Assembly: GCA_963744995.1 (NCBI GenBank) | Contig: CAVUWA010000004.1 | Location: 387,970 to 451,969, forward strand | DNA length: 64,000 nt | Direction of reading: 5' to 3' | From: Candidatus Eiseniibacteriota bacterium | GTDB lineage: Bacteria > Eisenbacteria > RBG-16-71-46 | Shown here: positions 37,455 through 49,742 of the stretch, piece by piece | Position numbering within the stretch: the first letter of the stretch is position 1 | How the letters are laid out: each line of letters starts with the position of its first letter | Notes under the pieces: generated by a model | Told to the model about the DNA's origin: nothing | What the model saw: the letters and a program-made list of their open reading frames with translations, nothing else | Databases searched by the model: none | Program-made: the position numbers and the translations under genes

Positions 37455-39671
37455 TCAACGCATGTGCACGGTCCGACGCGTCACGACCCGGCCACCCGCT
37501 TCGATCCTCACGAAGTAGACTCCGCTCGCGACGGGTCTCCCCGCCGCGTCGCGCCCGCGCCACACGACCTCGCGGGCGCCGGCGGGCAGGAATGCGTCCA
37601 CCAGCGTCCGCACCCGGCGGCCGTTCGTATCGAAGACCTCCACGCGGGTGTCCGCCGCCAGCGGCAGGGTGAAATGGATCGTCGCCGCAGGGCCGAACGG
37701 GTTCGGGGCGCTCCATGCGGTGAACGGGGCGGAATGCGGCCAGGGCAGCACGGCGACGTTCGGCGCCACCGCCTGAATCAGCCCGTAGCCCGTTGCGAAG
37801 TCGAAGCCGACGTCGAAGCCGGCCGTGTACGGATCATCCATGTCGATCGCCGTGGATTCCATGTGCTGGTACACCTCTCCGGGTGTCATGGACGGATCGA
37901 GCTGTCGCAGCAGCGCCCCGTACGCAGCCGCGTGCGGCGCCGAGGCGGAAGTGCCCGAGAAGTTCGGATACGAGTCCGGATCCTCCGGCAGGTCGTAGCC
38001 GAAGAACGTCGTGTTGGTCTTGTCGGGCGCGACGATCTCGGGCTTCTCGCGCACGATCTGCGTGGTGAGCGCGACGCCGAGCGTGTCGAACAGGATCGGC
38101 GTGCCGCCGGCCGACGAGAACGGCTCGATCAGCGGCGGATTGGTTCCGAAGGCCGGCGTCTCGGCGAAGAACGCGGCGCCCACGGCTTCGGCACCCTCGC
38201 AGTTGGCGTGCCCGTAGGTCGTTGAGCTGTAGGTCGGAAAGTCGTTGGCCGTGACCCCGCTGAACGCGATCCATTTGATCAGGCCCGGATCCGGCTGCGT
38301 CTGGCCGGGATCGTGCTCGAGGATGGCGAGGTTGAAAGTCGTATTGGTCATGGCGTGAACGTACTGGATCACCTCGACCGGATCGCCGCCGACGTTGGCG
38401 TCGGTCGATGAGGCCAGCACGTTCACCGGCGGATCGTCCATGATCACGATGTCGAAGTCGCTCTGGGACCCGGCGCCCCCGCCCACGCTGAAGAACGGCT
38501 GGTCCCACTGGAGCACCAGCCACACGAGCGCGTATTTCGGAATGGTGACGCTCTGGAAGATGTCCACGCCCGCCCCCGGATCGAAATCGTGCGCGCGCTG
38601 CGGGCCCGAGCCGATGTCGAGCGTCATGCCGCTGTCCACGAACGGCGACTCGTAGGAGTCGTGCCCCGAGTTGGCAGCGGACGAAAAGTAGGCCACGCCC
38701 GACCCGACCACGACATCGACCGCCTGCGCGGCGATGCCATCCTGAAAGAACGGCGCCGCGAAGTAGCTGACGTCGTCGACGATGACGTCGGCGGCAGCCG
38801 CGGCACTGATGCAGCCCGACTCCGAGCCCGGCGGGCAGCCCGCCAGCTCCTCGATGCCGAGCGCGAAGCTGGCCTGTCCGAGGTTCGAGGTGTGGAACGA
38901 AAGCGCTGCGCCCGGCGCCACGTCATGGACGATCTGCATGAGGGCACGGCCTTCGTCGCCACCACAGGCCCCGTCGTCGAGTACCTCGACCGGCGTCGTG
39001 TGCCCTTCGGGGTTCCCCACGCCGGGCAGATCCCCCGAAAGGACGTCGTCCGACGCCGTCGTGTAGCAGTTGTAGCTGTCGGAGAGCACGCCGACCGTGA
39101 TCCCGGTGCCGTCCGCCCCTTCCATGGTCCGGAATCCGTTCGTTCCCATGACCGAGTCGCCCTGGCTCGTCACGGTTCCGGCGTGGGTCACCGACGTCGC
39201 AGCCCGCGCGAACCGCAGCGAGGCCAGCGCCGCCGCATCGGGGATGGACGCGATCGGCAGCAGGCCCGACACCATGCGCCGGAAAGTGGCGCCGTGCTCG
39301 AGCCCCAACGCCTCGAGGTCCGCACGCAGGCGCTGCGGATCGTTGGAGGCCGCATCGATGAGCACGAAGTCCCCCCGCACCGGGAGCCCCGCATGGCTCG
39401 GCCGGAACGCACCGGCCGTTCCGGCGCGGCGGAAGGCCTCGTGCTCGCGGAACAGCCGGGCCAGGTCTCCGCCCACCCCGGCGAGGGGCCCGTCCTTGCC
39501 GCGCAGGTCCTCCCCCTGGAGGTCGCGGCGGATCTGCATCTCGACCGCAGGGTCCCCCTGCCGCTCGATGAGCGCGAGGGCCTCCGCTCCTGCCTCACCT
39601 TCGCCGAGACCTGCGATCGACGCTGCGACGGCAGCGCAAACCATTGCGAGATATGCACCGGGCTTCACCAT
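37455..39671 (-). CDS. Secreted S8/S53-like serine peptidase with FlgD-Ig C-terminal domain
   Basis: VGVLSDS, DEGRALMQIVHDVAPGA (Glu in place of His), FSGTSASAPHAA; signal peptide; CTD. Confidence 0.85.
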   Translation of the reverse strand: MVKPGAYLAMVCAAVAASIAGLGEGEAGAEALALIERQGDPAVEMQIRRDLQGEDLRGKDGPLAGVGGDLARLFREHEAFRRAGTAGAFRPSHAGLPVRGDFVLIDAASNDPQRLRADLEALGLEHGATFRRMVSGLLPIASIPDAAALASLRFARAATSVTHAGTVTSQGDSVMGTNGFRTMEGADGTGITVGVLSDSYNCYTTASDDVLSGDLPGVGNPEGHTTPVEVLDDGACGGDEGRALMQIVHDVAPGAALSFHTSNLGQASFALGIEELAGCPPGSESGCISAAAAADVIVDDVSYFAAPFFQDGIAAQAVDVVVGSGVAYFSSAANSGHDSYESPFVDSGMTLDIGSGPQRAHDFDPGAGVDIFQSVTIPKYALVWLVLQWDQPFFSVGGGAGSQSDFDIVIMDDPPVNVLASSTDANVGGDPVEVIQYVHAMTNTTFNLAILEHDPGQTQPDPGLIKWIAFSGVTANDFPTYSSTTYGHANCEGAEAVGAAFFAETPAFGTNPPLIEPFSSAGGTPILFDTLGVALTTQIVREKPEIVAPDKTNTTFFGYDLPEDPDSYPNFSGTSASAPHAAAYGALLRQLDPSMTPGEVYQHMESTAIDMDDPYTAGFDVGFDFATGYGLIQAVAPNVAVLPWPHSAPFTAWSAPNPFGPAATIHFTLPLAADTRVEVFDTNGRRVRTLVDAFLPAGAREVVWRGRDAAGRPVASGVYFVRIEAGGRVVTRRTVHMR

Positions 39672-39842
39672 GACGCCTTCCTCCTGAGGGGTGACGGACG
39701 GAGGGCGGTGCCGGCTCCATTCGGCGCTGCGCCCGGTCCATGAGGACGAGCCACCTCAAGGAACGCAATCGAGGGACCGAACCGGACATGGAAAGAGGTG
39801 GCCAGGCGGGCGAGGCCGGGGCACCAGGGGGACCTGCTGGCC

Positions 39843-39887
39843 TTGACGGACCCCGCTTCTCCTTACTACACTTCGCCATGTGACGAA
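39843..39887 (+). promoter_or_regulatory. ars promoter and putative ArsR operator
   Basis: TTGACG-N18-TACACT followed by the near-palindrome TTCGCCATGTGACGAA (39872-39887). Confidence 0.55.
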
Positions 39888-39908
39888 ATAACCAACGGAG
39901 GTCTCCGC

Positions 39909-40323
39909 ATGCGCGACTTCGAGCTGGCCATGAAGGCGGTCGGCGATCCGACCCGGACCCGCATCCTCAAGCTGCTCGAGGGCGGCGGGCTGTGCGTCTG
40001 CCAGGTGCAGGCGGTGCTCGGCCTCGCCCCCTCCACCGTGTCCAAGCACCTGGCGATCCTCAAGAATGCCGGGCTGGTCGAGGACCGGCGCGACGGCAAG
40101 TGGATCGAGTACGCCCTCTCGCGCGAATCGCACAACCCGCACGCCGGACCGGTGCTCGCCCTGCTCGCCGGCGACCTCGACCGCGATCCCGCGGTGCTCG
40201 CCGACCGCAGGCGACTGCACGCGATCCGCGCCATTCCGCTGACCGAGCTGTGCGCGCTGCCGCCGTCGAAGCTCGTCATGCCCGCCCGCTCGGCCCGCCA
40301 CCGTCCGGCGCGAACGGCGCGCC

Positions 40324-40331
<8 letters not shown>
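39909..40331 (+). CDS. arsR: ArsR/SmtB family repressor
   Basis: [39 protein letters not shown]. Confidence 0.9.
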
Positions 40332-41423
<1,092 letters not shown>

Positions 41424-41427
<4 letters not shown>

Positions 41428-42521
41428 GCACCGCACCGAATCGCCCCGCGGCCGGCGACGCGCTGCGGGTCGTGAACGCTCCCGGCAGACCGCAGGTGCC
41501 GCTCCCCTCGCGCCGACCGGGCGCGTGGCTCGCCGCGGCGCTCGCCGCGTGGGTCGGTCTCTATGCGCTGCTCCCTGCGTTTTCGCGCTGGTTCGCCTAC
41601 GGCCTGCTCGGCCTCGGCCCGGAGTCGCATCTCGGCGCCGCTGTCGAGTTCTTCGCCTACGACGCGCCGAAGGTGACGCTGCTCCTCACGCTGGTGGTGT
41701 TCGGCGTGGGCGTGGTGCGTTCGTTCTTCACGCCCGAGCGCACCCGCGCGATTCTCGCCGGCCGGGCCGAGGCCGTCGGCAACGTGTTCGCCGCAGGCCT
41801 CGGCATCGTGACGCCGTTCTGCTCGTGCTCGGCCGTGCCGCTGTTCATCGGCTTCCTCACCGCGGGGGTTCCGCTCGGCGTGACGTTCTCGTTCCTGATC
41901 GCGGCACCGATGGTGAACGAGGTCGCACTGGCGCTGCTGTTCGCGCTGTTCGGCTGGAAGGTCGCGGCGCTCTACCTGGGCACCGGGCTGCTGATCGCCA
42001 TCGCCGCGGGCTGGGTGATTGGGCGACTCAAACTCGAAGGGCACGTCGAGCCGTGGGTCTACGAGGTTCCCGGCGGCGCGGCGGGCGCGCCTTCGACGTC
42101 GCTCACCTGGAACGGCCGGCTGCGCGCCGGTCTGGATGCGGTGCGCGACATCGTCGGCAAGGTCTGGCCGTACCTGCTCGCCGGCATCGCGGTGGGCGCC
42201 GCCATCCACGGCTGGGTGCCCGAGCACTTCATGGCCGCGATCATGGGCAAGGGCGCGTGGTGGTCGGTGCCGCTCGCCGTGGTGATCGGCGTGCCCATGT
42301 ATTCGAATGCGGCCGGCATCATCCCGGTGGTGCACGCGCTGCTCGAGAAGGGCGCCGCGCTCGGCACCGTGCTCGCGTTCATGATGTCGGTGATCGCCCT
42401 CTCGCTGCCCGAGACGGTCATCCTCAGGAAGGTGCTGCGTCCGCGTCTGATCGGGGCGTTCATCGGCATCGTCGCCGCCGGCATCATGCTGGTCGGCGGC
42501 CTGTTCAACTGGCTCATCTGA
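41424..42521 (+). CDS. ArsP-like (DUF318) permease
   Basis: TPFCSCSAVPLFIGF, FLIAAPMVNE, GVPMYSNAAG, ALSLPE. Confidence 0.88.
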
Positions 42522-42569
42522 AGGGCGTGCGCGCCCGGTCGCGAATGGTCGCATGAAGGAGATCCTGCC

Positions 42570-42815
42570 ATGACCCGCATCGAAGTCCTCGGCTCCGGCT
42601 GTCAGAAGTGCCACCTGCTCCAGCAGCACGCCGAGCAGGCCGCCCGGGAACTAGGCCTCGAGTTCGAGATCACCAAGGTCACCGACATCCAGGCCATCAT
42701 GGGCTATGGGGTGATGTCGACTCCGGCACTGGTCGTCGACGGCGAAGTGCGGCTGACCGGTCATGTGCCGTCGGCGGAGCAGATCAAGGGGCTGCTGGTG
42801 GCAGGCCGGGCGTAG
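42570..42815 (+). CDS. Small thioredoxin-like redox-active disulfide protein
   Basis: IEVLGSGCQKC, YGVMSTPALVVDG. Confidence 0.88.
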   Translation: MTRIEVLGSGCQKCHLLQQHAEQAARELGLEFEITKVTDIQAIMGYGVMSTPALVVDGEVRLTGHVPSAEQIKGLLVAGRA

Positions 42816-42937
42816 CGCCAGGGAAAACGACGCGCGCAGAGGGACCGCCGAAGGGAACAGAGCCGTTCATCGTTGACGGCCCGATGGGGCCACGCTACGC
42901 TTGGCTCTGATCCAACCAAGAAGGAAGGACCTGTGTA

Positions 42938-45900
42938 TTGAGGTGGTCGTCCTCACTCCTGCCTCTTGGTCTGGCGGTTCTCACCCTTGGATCGTCGGGC
43001 TCGCTCGACGCGCAGACCAACGGGGCCGCATCGAAACCCGTTCCTCGCGTGCGACGCTCAGGTACGCCCGGCCGCGCAACACTTCGGGCCGCTCCCCCTG
43101 TGGCCGCGACGGGCACGAGTGCGACCGGTTCCAGCAGCCTCCACTTCCATGGCTTCTACGATCCCGTCACCGGTGCAGCCGTCGAAGGCGACACCTGGAC
43201 CTTCGACCACGGTGCGGCCGATCCGTTCGAGGGATGCAGGATCCCTCTCACCTTCGAGCCGCCCCTCCCCTGGCGTCGCATCGACGCGCTGAGCTGGGCG
43301 GATCACTCCAACCCGCCGACGCCGCCGCTCATCGCCGGGACCGCAAGCCTGTGGCTCGGCTATTTCGTGGACGAGGCGTGTACGCACTATTACGTCGAAG
43401 GGCTCGGCTACGGGAACAACTGGTATCTGGAACTGCGCTCTCCTCCCCTCACGGTCCCGGCCGGAACGGACATCAGCGTCGACTTCGATTGTTTCTACGA
43501 CATGGAGCCGGGCTACGACAGCGTGTTCGTCGCCATCGAGCAGGGTGGCACGCGCTCGGTACTCGGCGCGCTCAACGGGCAGGCGGGCTCGCCGGCGGTC
43601 CCCGTCCATTTGAGCTATCCGACGACCATTCAGACCGCGGATGCCTTCAAGGTCCTCTTCATCTTCGTTTCGGACGGGAGCATCTCGGACGAGGACGGCC
43701 AGTACGATACGGCGCTCGGCCCCTTCGGCCTGGACGACGTCGACGTCCAGGGCCCCGGCCTCGCCGGGCCGATCCCGCCGCCCTATGATTTCGAATCGGG
43801 CATACAGGGTTTCACCGTGTCACCGGCTCCGGACACCAGTGTGGTCGGGCTCAACGACATCCTGGCCTACGGGCCCGCGCCGACGTGCGCAGCGCTGTCG
43901 GGAAACGTGGTCGAGTTCCACGACGACCTCATGCGACATCCGTTCGGCAGAGTCGACGTGCTGGCGTCGAACGCCGTGCCGCTCCCCGCCACCTCCGAGC
44001 GATTGAACGTCTTCGTCGAGTGCGATGTCGACGCCGAACAGATGATGCCTTCCATCGGGTGGAACGTGCTCTGGAGCTACTTTCCGGACACGTGTTCGAT
44101 CGACGGGGCGGATCACTGGTCGCCGGTGGGCGGCCATCCCTACAACTATGTGTTTCCGCAGTGCGGTCGAAGTCGGATGTTTGCGACCGACAGCACGTGG
44201 GACGACCTGATTCCGGCCGGCTCGGACTCGGTCCGTTTCTATCTGCGCGTCGGCAGCTACTTCTCGCAGCCGTACGCGGACACGCCCTATCCCCTGTTCG
44301 ACAATCTCCGGGTCGGGATCAGCCATCGTGCCACCGTGCTGCACGTGCCGAGCCCGTCGTACCCGAACATCCAGACCGCCGTTACCGCCGCCCCATCCGG
44401 TGACACGGTCATGGTGGCGCCGGGTGTCTACCAGGGCGCCGGGAACCGCGACATCGACTTCGGCGGCAAGCAGATCGTGCTGATCGGAGAAGGCGGTTCG
44501 GACGCGACGACGGTGGACTGCGAGAACTCCGGCCGCGGCATCGTCTTCGAAAACGGCGAGGGGCCGGGTGCCGTCGTATGCGGCCTCCGCTTTGTCCACG
44601 GAGAACCGTCTGGAACCGATGGCGGCGCGATCCGCGTCGAGAACGCCTCGCCGACGTTCGTCGACTGCGTCGCCGAGAGCAGCACGACGACCGGGCGCGG
44701 CGGCGGCGTGTACGTGAACGGGAATCCCCTGTTCCTCGACTGCCGCATCGGCTTCAACGATACGCCGGTCGAGGGCGGCGGGATCTACGTCGACGGCGGC
44801 GATCCGCAGTTCGTCGACTGCACGGTCAGCTACAACACCAGCGGCCTCGAAGGCGGCGGCATCGCGGTCGCCGGCGGCGGCGCGACGTTCACCCGCTGCC
44901 AGCTGTCGTCCAATTCCAGCAGCGCCAGCGGCGGGGGGCTCGCCGTGCTGGGCGGCACGCCCGCCGCCGACACCTGCGGCATCGACGGGAACTCGGCGAA
45001 CGTCGACGGCGGCGGCATGCTGGTGAGCGGCGGCGCGCCGTCGTTCACGCTGTGCGCTGCGTTGAGCAATACCGCGATCGCGCGGCGGAGGTGATGATGA
45101 CGACCTCCGCCGGGACGCCGACGTGGACCCAGTGCATCGTGGGATTCAACAACGCGTACAGCGACGGCGCGGGCGTGTGCGTGGACGGCGGGAACGCGAC
45201 GTTCGTGGCGTGCAGCATCGAGGCGAACCAGACCTCCGGCTCGGGGGGCGGCGCCTGGGTGGTGAGCGGGGCGCCGGTCTGGCAGAACTGCGAGCTCACC
45301 CAGAACGTCGCCACCACCGGCGAGGGCGGCGGCATGCTCATCTCGCAGGGGGCGGCCCAGGTCGAGGGCGCCTGGATCGCCGGCAACCGGGCATTCTACG
45401 GCGGAGGGCTGTCCGTTCAGGCGCAGGCCGCGCCGAGCATTCGCAACAGCCTCGTCGCCGGCAATCTCGCCACCTTCGACGGGGGCGGCGCGTGGGTGGC
45501 CATCGGATCGGGCGTCACCGCGAGTTTCGACAGCTGCACCATTGCCCGCAACAGCTCCGGCGAAACCGGGGGCGGTCTGTTCGTCGGCAACAGCCTGGGC
45601 GGCGCCGACCAGATGCCCGTCGGCCACACGATCGTCGAGGGCAACTGCGGCGGCGGAGCGGACGATCTGGAGCTCGTCACCTCCAATCCCGCGAGCGGCA
45701 TCGTGTTCACGTGCTCGGCGATCGACCCGGCGAACGTGGTCTCGAACGGATCGATTGGCTATGCGGGCGGGCACGTCACGACGAGTCCGCAGTTCTGTGC
45801 GCCTGAGCTGTGCAGCGCGGCTCCCACGACCGACGGCGACTACGCGCTCGATGCCGACTCGCCCTGCACGGCCGCCAACAGTCCATGCGGCGTGCGGATC

Positions 45901-46236
45901 GGCGCGCGCAACGTGGGCTGCGGGAATACCGGAACGGACGAGAGTGAAGTGGTTCCGGCCGCCACCCGCCTGCTGCCGGCCGCGCCGAGTCCCTTCCGGA
46001 CCAGAACGACCGTCTCGTTCGATCTGGCTCACGCCGGGTTCGTGCGGCTGCGGATCTACGACGTCTCGGGCCGCCTGCTCCGCACGCTTGCCGAGGGCTG
46101 GTTCAGCGCCGCGCGTCACCGCATCGCGTGGGACGGATGCGACGCCTCGGGCCGGCCCGTTCCGGCCGGCGTCTGCTTCGCCCGCCTCGAGGCGGACGGA
46201 CGAAGCCTGTCGGACCGGATCCTCGTGCTGAAGTAG
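42938..46236 (+). CDS. Large secreted right-handed beta-helix repeat protein with FlgD-Ig tail; frameshift near 45080-45095
   Basis: Signal peptide; VPSPSYPNIQTAV...GDTVMVAPGVY...NRDIDFGGK; repeated FxxCxxxxN...GGG motifs continue in the 44578 frame after 45094; CTD IYDVSGRLLRTL. Confidence 0.75.
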
Positions 46237-46422
46237 GACGGCCCGGGTCGTTCCGCGGCCCCAAGCAGGCCGCCCCTCCCACCGATGGAGTTCAGGGCCT
46301 CCCTCTGGAATGGCTCAGGCGGCCGGCTGTGTTTCGAGGACGACCAGATCTGCGACAACTCGACCGCCGAGGAAGACGGCTCCGCCCGGATCAGGCCGGC
46401 CGGAGTCGCGCGCGGTGGAGGT

Positions 46423-47685
46423 TCACTGCCCCCTCGTGCGCACCATCCGCACGATCGCGTGTCTTCCGAACGCCGTCAGCCGCGCGAAGTAGACGCCCGC
46501 GGCCAGACGGTTCGCGTCCCATTCGACGACGCCCGCGCCGCCCGGCCGGGTGTCGCGGAGCGGCTCCCCCGCCCTGCGGCCCGCGACGTCGAACACCTCG
46601 ATCGCGATCGGGCCCGCCTCGGGTAGTTCGAAGGCGAAGCGGACGTGATCCCCGACGGGCTGCGCTCCCTGGATGCCGAAAGACAGGCGCGCCGGCGCGC
46701 CCGGTGCGGGAACCGAGACGAGATCCGCCACGGGGCGGCGCCAGAGTCCATCGGTACGCGAGGCGTAGAGCGTGTTGCCGAGCACCGCCAGCCCCGTGAC
46801 CGGGACCGGCAGGGTCTCAATGGTCTGCCAGGTCACGCCGTCGTCGTGGCTCGCCGAGATCGTGGACGTGAATCCACGGAAGTTGGCGATCAGGTCGCCG
46901 CCGACCTGGGCCATGGGAACCGTGAACAGCGGACCGCCCACGCCCGGGTCCGAGAAGGTCCACGGGGACTGTCCCAGATCGCTGTAGAACACGCCGATGT
47001 TCGAGCCCACCACCCAGCGCGTGCCCGTCCACAGGGCACTCAGCGCCGTCAGGCCAGGAGCCAGCTGATCGTTGAACAGGAGCGACTGCGTCCAGTCCGG
47101 ATCGCCCGGGTCGCGGTAGAACACGGTTCCGTTGAAGCCGCCTGCGGCGAACAGCCGTGACCCGCCTGCGGCGATCAACGTCATGTTCGTGGCCTGGGCG
47201 GGCCCGAACACGTTGCCGAACAGATGCCAGGTTCCGGAGGTCAGGTTTCGCACCCATGCGCCCGAACCCTCGGTCGCTACGAACATGCTGTCGCCGCGGA
47301 TCAGCATGTCGATAATGTCCAGCTGCGAATCGGCGAAGCCCCCGACCAGCCCCTGGTTGTAACCAGACCAGGTGTCTCCCAGATCGTCGCTCACGAATAC
47401 CCCGGCCCTGCGCGTGCCCGCGAACAGGCGGCCGTGAAAGACCCTCACCCGCTCGACCTCCAGGCCGCCGGAAGTCACCGTGGCCGAGCCCTTCCACGTG
47501 GCGCCGGCATCGATGCTGACGAACACCGTGCTGTCGCTGCCGGCCGCGATCGTGTCCCCGTTCGCCCAGACCGAGTAGAGGGTGACTGCGGGGACTTCCA
47601 GCACGCGGGTCCAGTCGGCGGACGCCGGTGCCGGGAGCGCTGCGAGGGCCAGGAGGATCGGCCAGGCCCTGCCGGTGCGGATCAT
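46423..47685 (-). CDS. Secreted BNR/WD40-like repeat protein with CTD
   Basis: SxDxGxTW Asp-box repeats (SIDAGATW, SDDLGDTW, SHDDGVTW); VFDVAGRR...LAAGVYFARL. Confidence 0.82.
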   Translation of the reverse strand: MIRTGRAWPILLALAALPAPASADWTRVLEVPAVTLYSVWANGDTIAAGSDSTVFVSIDAGATWKGSATVTSGGLEVERVRVFHGRLFAGTRRAGVFVSDDLGDTWSGYNQGLVGGFADSQLDIIDMLIRGDSMFVATEGSGAWVRNLTSGTWHLFGNVFGPAQATNMTLIAAGGSRLFAAGGFNGTVFYRDPGDPDWTQSLLFNDQLAPGLTALSALWTGTRWVVGSNIGVFYSDLGQSPWTFSDPGVGGPLFTVPMAQVGGDLIANFRGFTSTISASHDDGVTWQTIETLPVPVTGLAVLGNTLYASRTDGLWRRPVADLVSVPAPGAPARLSFGIQGAQPVGDHVRFAFELPEAGPIAIEVFDVAGRRAGEPLRDTRPGGAGVVEWDANRLAAGVYFARLTAFGRHAIVRMVRTRGQ

Positions 47686-47998
47686 GACGGCTCCTTCCGA
47701 AACGGGTGGAGGTCCCGTCCGCCGTGCGGAATGGGACGATAGAGCAGTTGCAGCAGTGGAGGGCTCGCGAGCCCGGTCGCGACCAGGCGTATGCCGTCTT
47801 CTGATGCGGCAGGCGGCGTTCGGCACCATGCCCGGTGTCGGGAAAGCCTTGCCGTTCTTCTGGCGTGGCGCCGGCCGGCCCAGCGGCCGGGCCGGGGACG
47901 CCGGGCAAGGCAGGGGCTTCGCGGGGCCGGTCGGCGGTCCGGGAGCGGGCCGGCCAGCGGCGGGCGTTCCCGGACTGTTGCTACACGAGGGAGTGTCC

Positions 47999-48024
47999 GC
48001 GTGAGTCGAACACGCGACACGCGG
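47999..48024 (-). repeat. 26-bp exact copy of the tRNA-Arg 3' half (att-like)
   Basis: GCGTGAGTCGAACACGCGACACGCGG identical to 49104-49129. Confidence 0.85.
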
Positions 48025-48054
48025 AACAGCGGTTCGCGGCCAGCCCCTTCGAGG

Positions 48055-48861
48055 TCACCGATAGAGAGTCTTGAGCCGGCCCCAGGTGCTGGAGCGGCCA
48101 CCGGTGGGGGCACCCATTGTGCTCGGTACCCACAGGAGCGGATCATCATAAAGCGCCAGCTCCACGTCGCTCAGGTACTGGTCTGTGACCAGTACCGTGA
48201 GGCCCTCGACGAACATTGGATCGACAGAGTAGGCGACATAGTACTGCGCCGGATCGATGATCTGATATGACGTTCCGTCGCTGTCCGTCTTGATGGCCGG
48301 GTTGCAAAAGATCTGGGGGCTCATCACCAGCACCGTGCGCTCGAAGAACTGATCCTTGAGTGTCACCGTAACGTTCACGGGATCGCCCGTGCAGTTGTAG
48401 CACTTGTAGTGATTCGCCACCGGGATGAGTGCGCCCGGCGCGCCATTCTTCAGTGCCGGATTGACCAGGTGCACGCTGTTCCCGCTCAGGTCGACCGTTT
48501 GAGGACCGAACTGGTTCGAAAACTGCACTCCAAGCATCGCGAACGTTTCAATGCCGAGAACCCAGAAGGTGTAGTGCAGGTCCGGGTCGTTGATCGGGAA
48601 GCTGCTCGCCCCGTGCACCTTCTCGCTGGGAGCGAGGAAGGCAGCAAACAGGCTGTAGCCGTATTGCCAGGCTCCGAACTGATCCGTCAGTCCGACGGGT
48701 GGGCCGATGAGCGAGCTTCCGCGGGTTGGGAAGGCCTCATAGAAACGGTAGTGGTCCCACGCGGGATTCACCTGCGCGCGAGCGACGCAGGCCCCCACGA
48801 CCGTGGCCAATACGAGGATCGGCAGAATCGCCATCGTGCGAGGCGTGGCAAGAGATCTCAT
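48055..48861 (-). CDS. Secreted hypothetical protein with a C-terminal STWGRLKTLYR tail
   Basis: GGAGG RBS, signal peptide, internally repeated HY...DQFG units, ends APTGGRSSTWGRLKTLYR. Confidence 0.8.
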   Translation of the reverse strand: MRSLATPRTMAILPILVLATVVGACVARAQVNPAWDHYRFYEAFPTRGSSLIGPPVGLTDQFGAWQYGYSLFAAFLAPSEKVHGASSFPINDPDLHYTFWVLGIETFAMLGVQFSNQFGPQTVDLSGNSVHLVNPALKNGAPGALIPVANHYKCYNCTGDPVNVTVTLKDQFFERTVLVMSPQIFCNPAIKTDSDGTSYQIIDPAQYYVAYSVDPMFVEGLTVLVTDQYLSDVELALYDDPLLWVPSTMGAPTGGRSSTWGRLKTLYR

Positions 48862-49092
48862 GGCGACACCTCCAGGTGGCCGGCTCACGGCGGGGATCCT
48901 GCGCGGCGTAGCCTGCTCTGGCGTCGCCGACTTCGCGCGATCCTCGTCGCCGTCCCGGGCCAAAGACAATTAGACGTCAGGTGCCCGGTTCCGGCCAACC
49001 CAAAAGCGGTGCGGCCCCGATCGCGACCCTCCTCGTTTCGCGCCCGTCGGGGGCTGGCCGCAGGACACGAGGCCGAGCGGGCACCCGGGAGA

Positions 49093-49169
49093 TGGTGGCC
49101 CCGGCGTGAGTCGAACACGCGACACGCGGTTTAGGAAACCGCTGCTCTATCCATCTGAGCTACGGGGCC
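49093..49169 (-). tRNA. tRNA-Arg(CCT)
   Basis: GGCCCCG acceptor stem, TAGCTCAGATGGATAGAGC D-arm, GCGGT-TTCCTAA-ACCGC anticodon arm, GTTCGACT T-loop, ACCA end; 77 nt. Confidence 0.95.
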
Positions 49170-49199
49170 ACAATGAGTTACCGACTTCGTGAGAGTCGG

Positions 49200-49221
49200 T
49201 GGCTACGGTTTTGGCTACGGT
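49200..49221. repeat. Tandem 10-bp direct repeat resembling integrase arm-type sites
   Basis: TGGCTACGGT at 49200 and 49212, preceded by hairpin ACCGACT/AGTCGGT, ~30 bp from the tRNA. Confidence 0.5.
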
Positions 49222-49742
49222 CCTGCCTCAGTCTCGGTGTTAGCACCCGCACTCTCTGCGCGCTCCAAGTCACCAGCATCCAGCCCGTCGCTCACGCAGT
49301 AGTTCGTTGCGTAGCCGGTTCCATCCGCGAAGTACCTGAGCGCCCCAATCTTCTTGAAGAACGCCTGGAACTCATTCGGAACTCCATCACGAAACGCGCA
49401 TCGATCGACCGAGAACGATGGGATCGGCTCAACGTCCTTCATGGACCAGTCGGGCGGCAGCACATACAACTCATCAAAGTGAACCAGCACTCCTTTGGCC
49501 GCGATTAGCCACTGCGCCGCCTTGGGTGGAAACAGTACGCCCTCTCCGACTGACTCTACGGACAGTCGCGCACGCTCCCTTCCAAGCAGTTTCCCGATGG
49601 GCACATCGAGCTCCCGACTGCTGTCCAGCGTTACAAGTAGGATGCTGCACCCTTGAAACATCTGCGGGCACCGCTCAACGATCTTGTGGATCGACAAGTG
49701 TGTGTCGCCCGCGTGCAGGTCCCCGCTCAGAACTGTGTGCAT
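49215..49742 (-). CDS. Hypothetical protein, lower GC (cargo of an integrative element)
   Basis: 175 aa ORF coupled (TGATG) to the integrase stop. Confidence 0.55.
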   Translation of the reverse strand: MHTVLSGDLHAGDTHLSIHKIVERCPQMFQGCSILLVTLDSSRELDVPIGKLLGRERARLSVESVGEGVLFPPKAAQWLIAAKGVLVHFDELYVLPPDWSMKDVEPIPSFSVDRCAFRDGVPNEFQAFFKKIGALRYFADGTGYATNYCVSDGLDAGDLERAESAGANTETEAGP

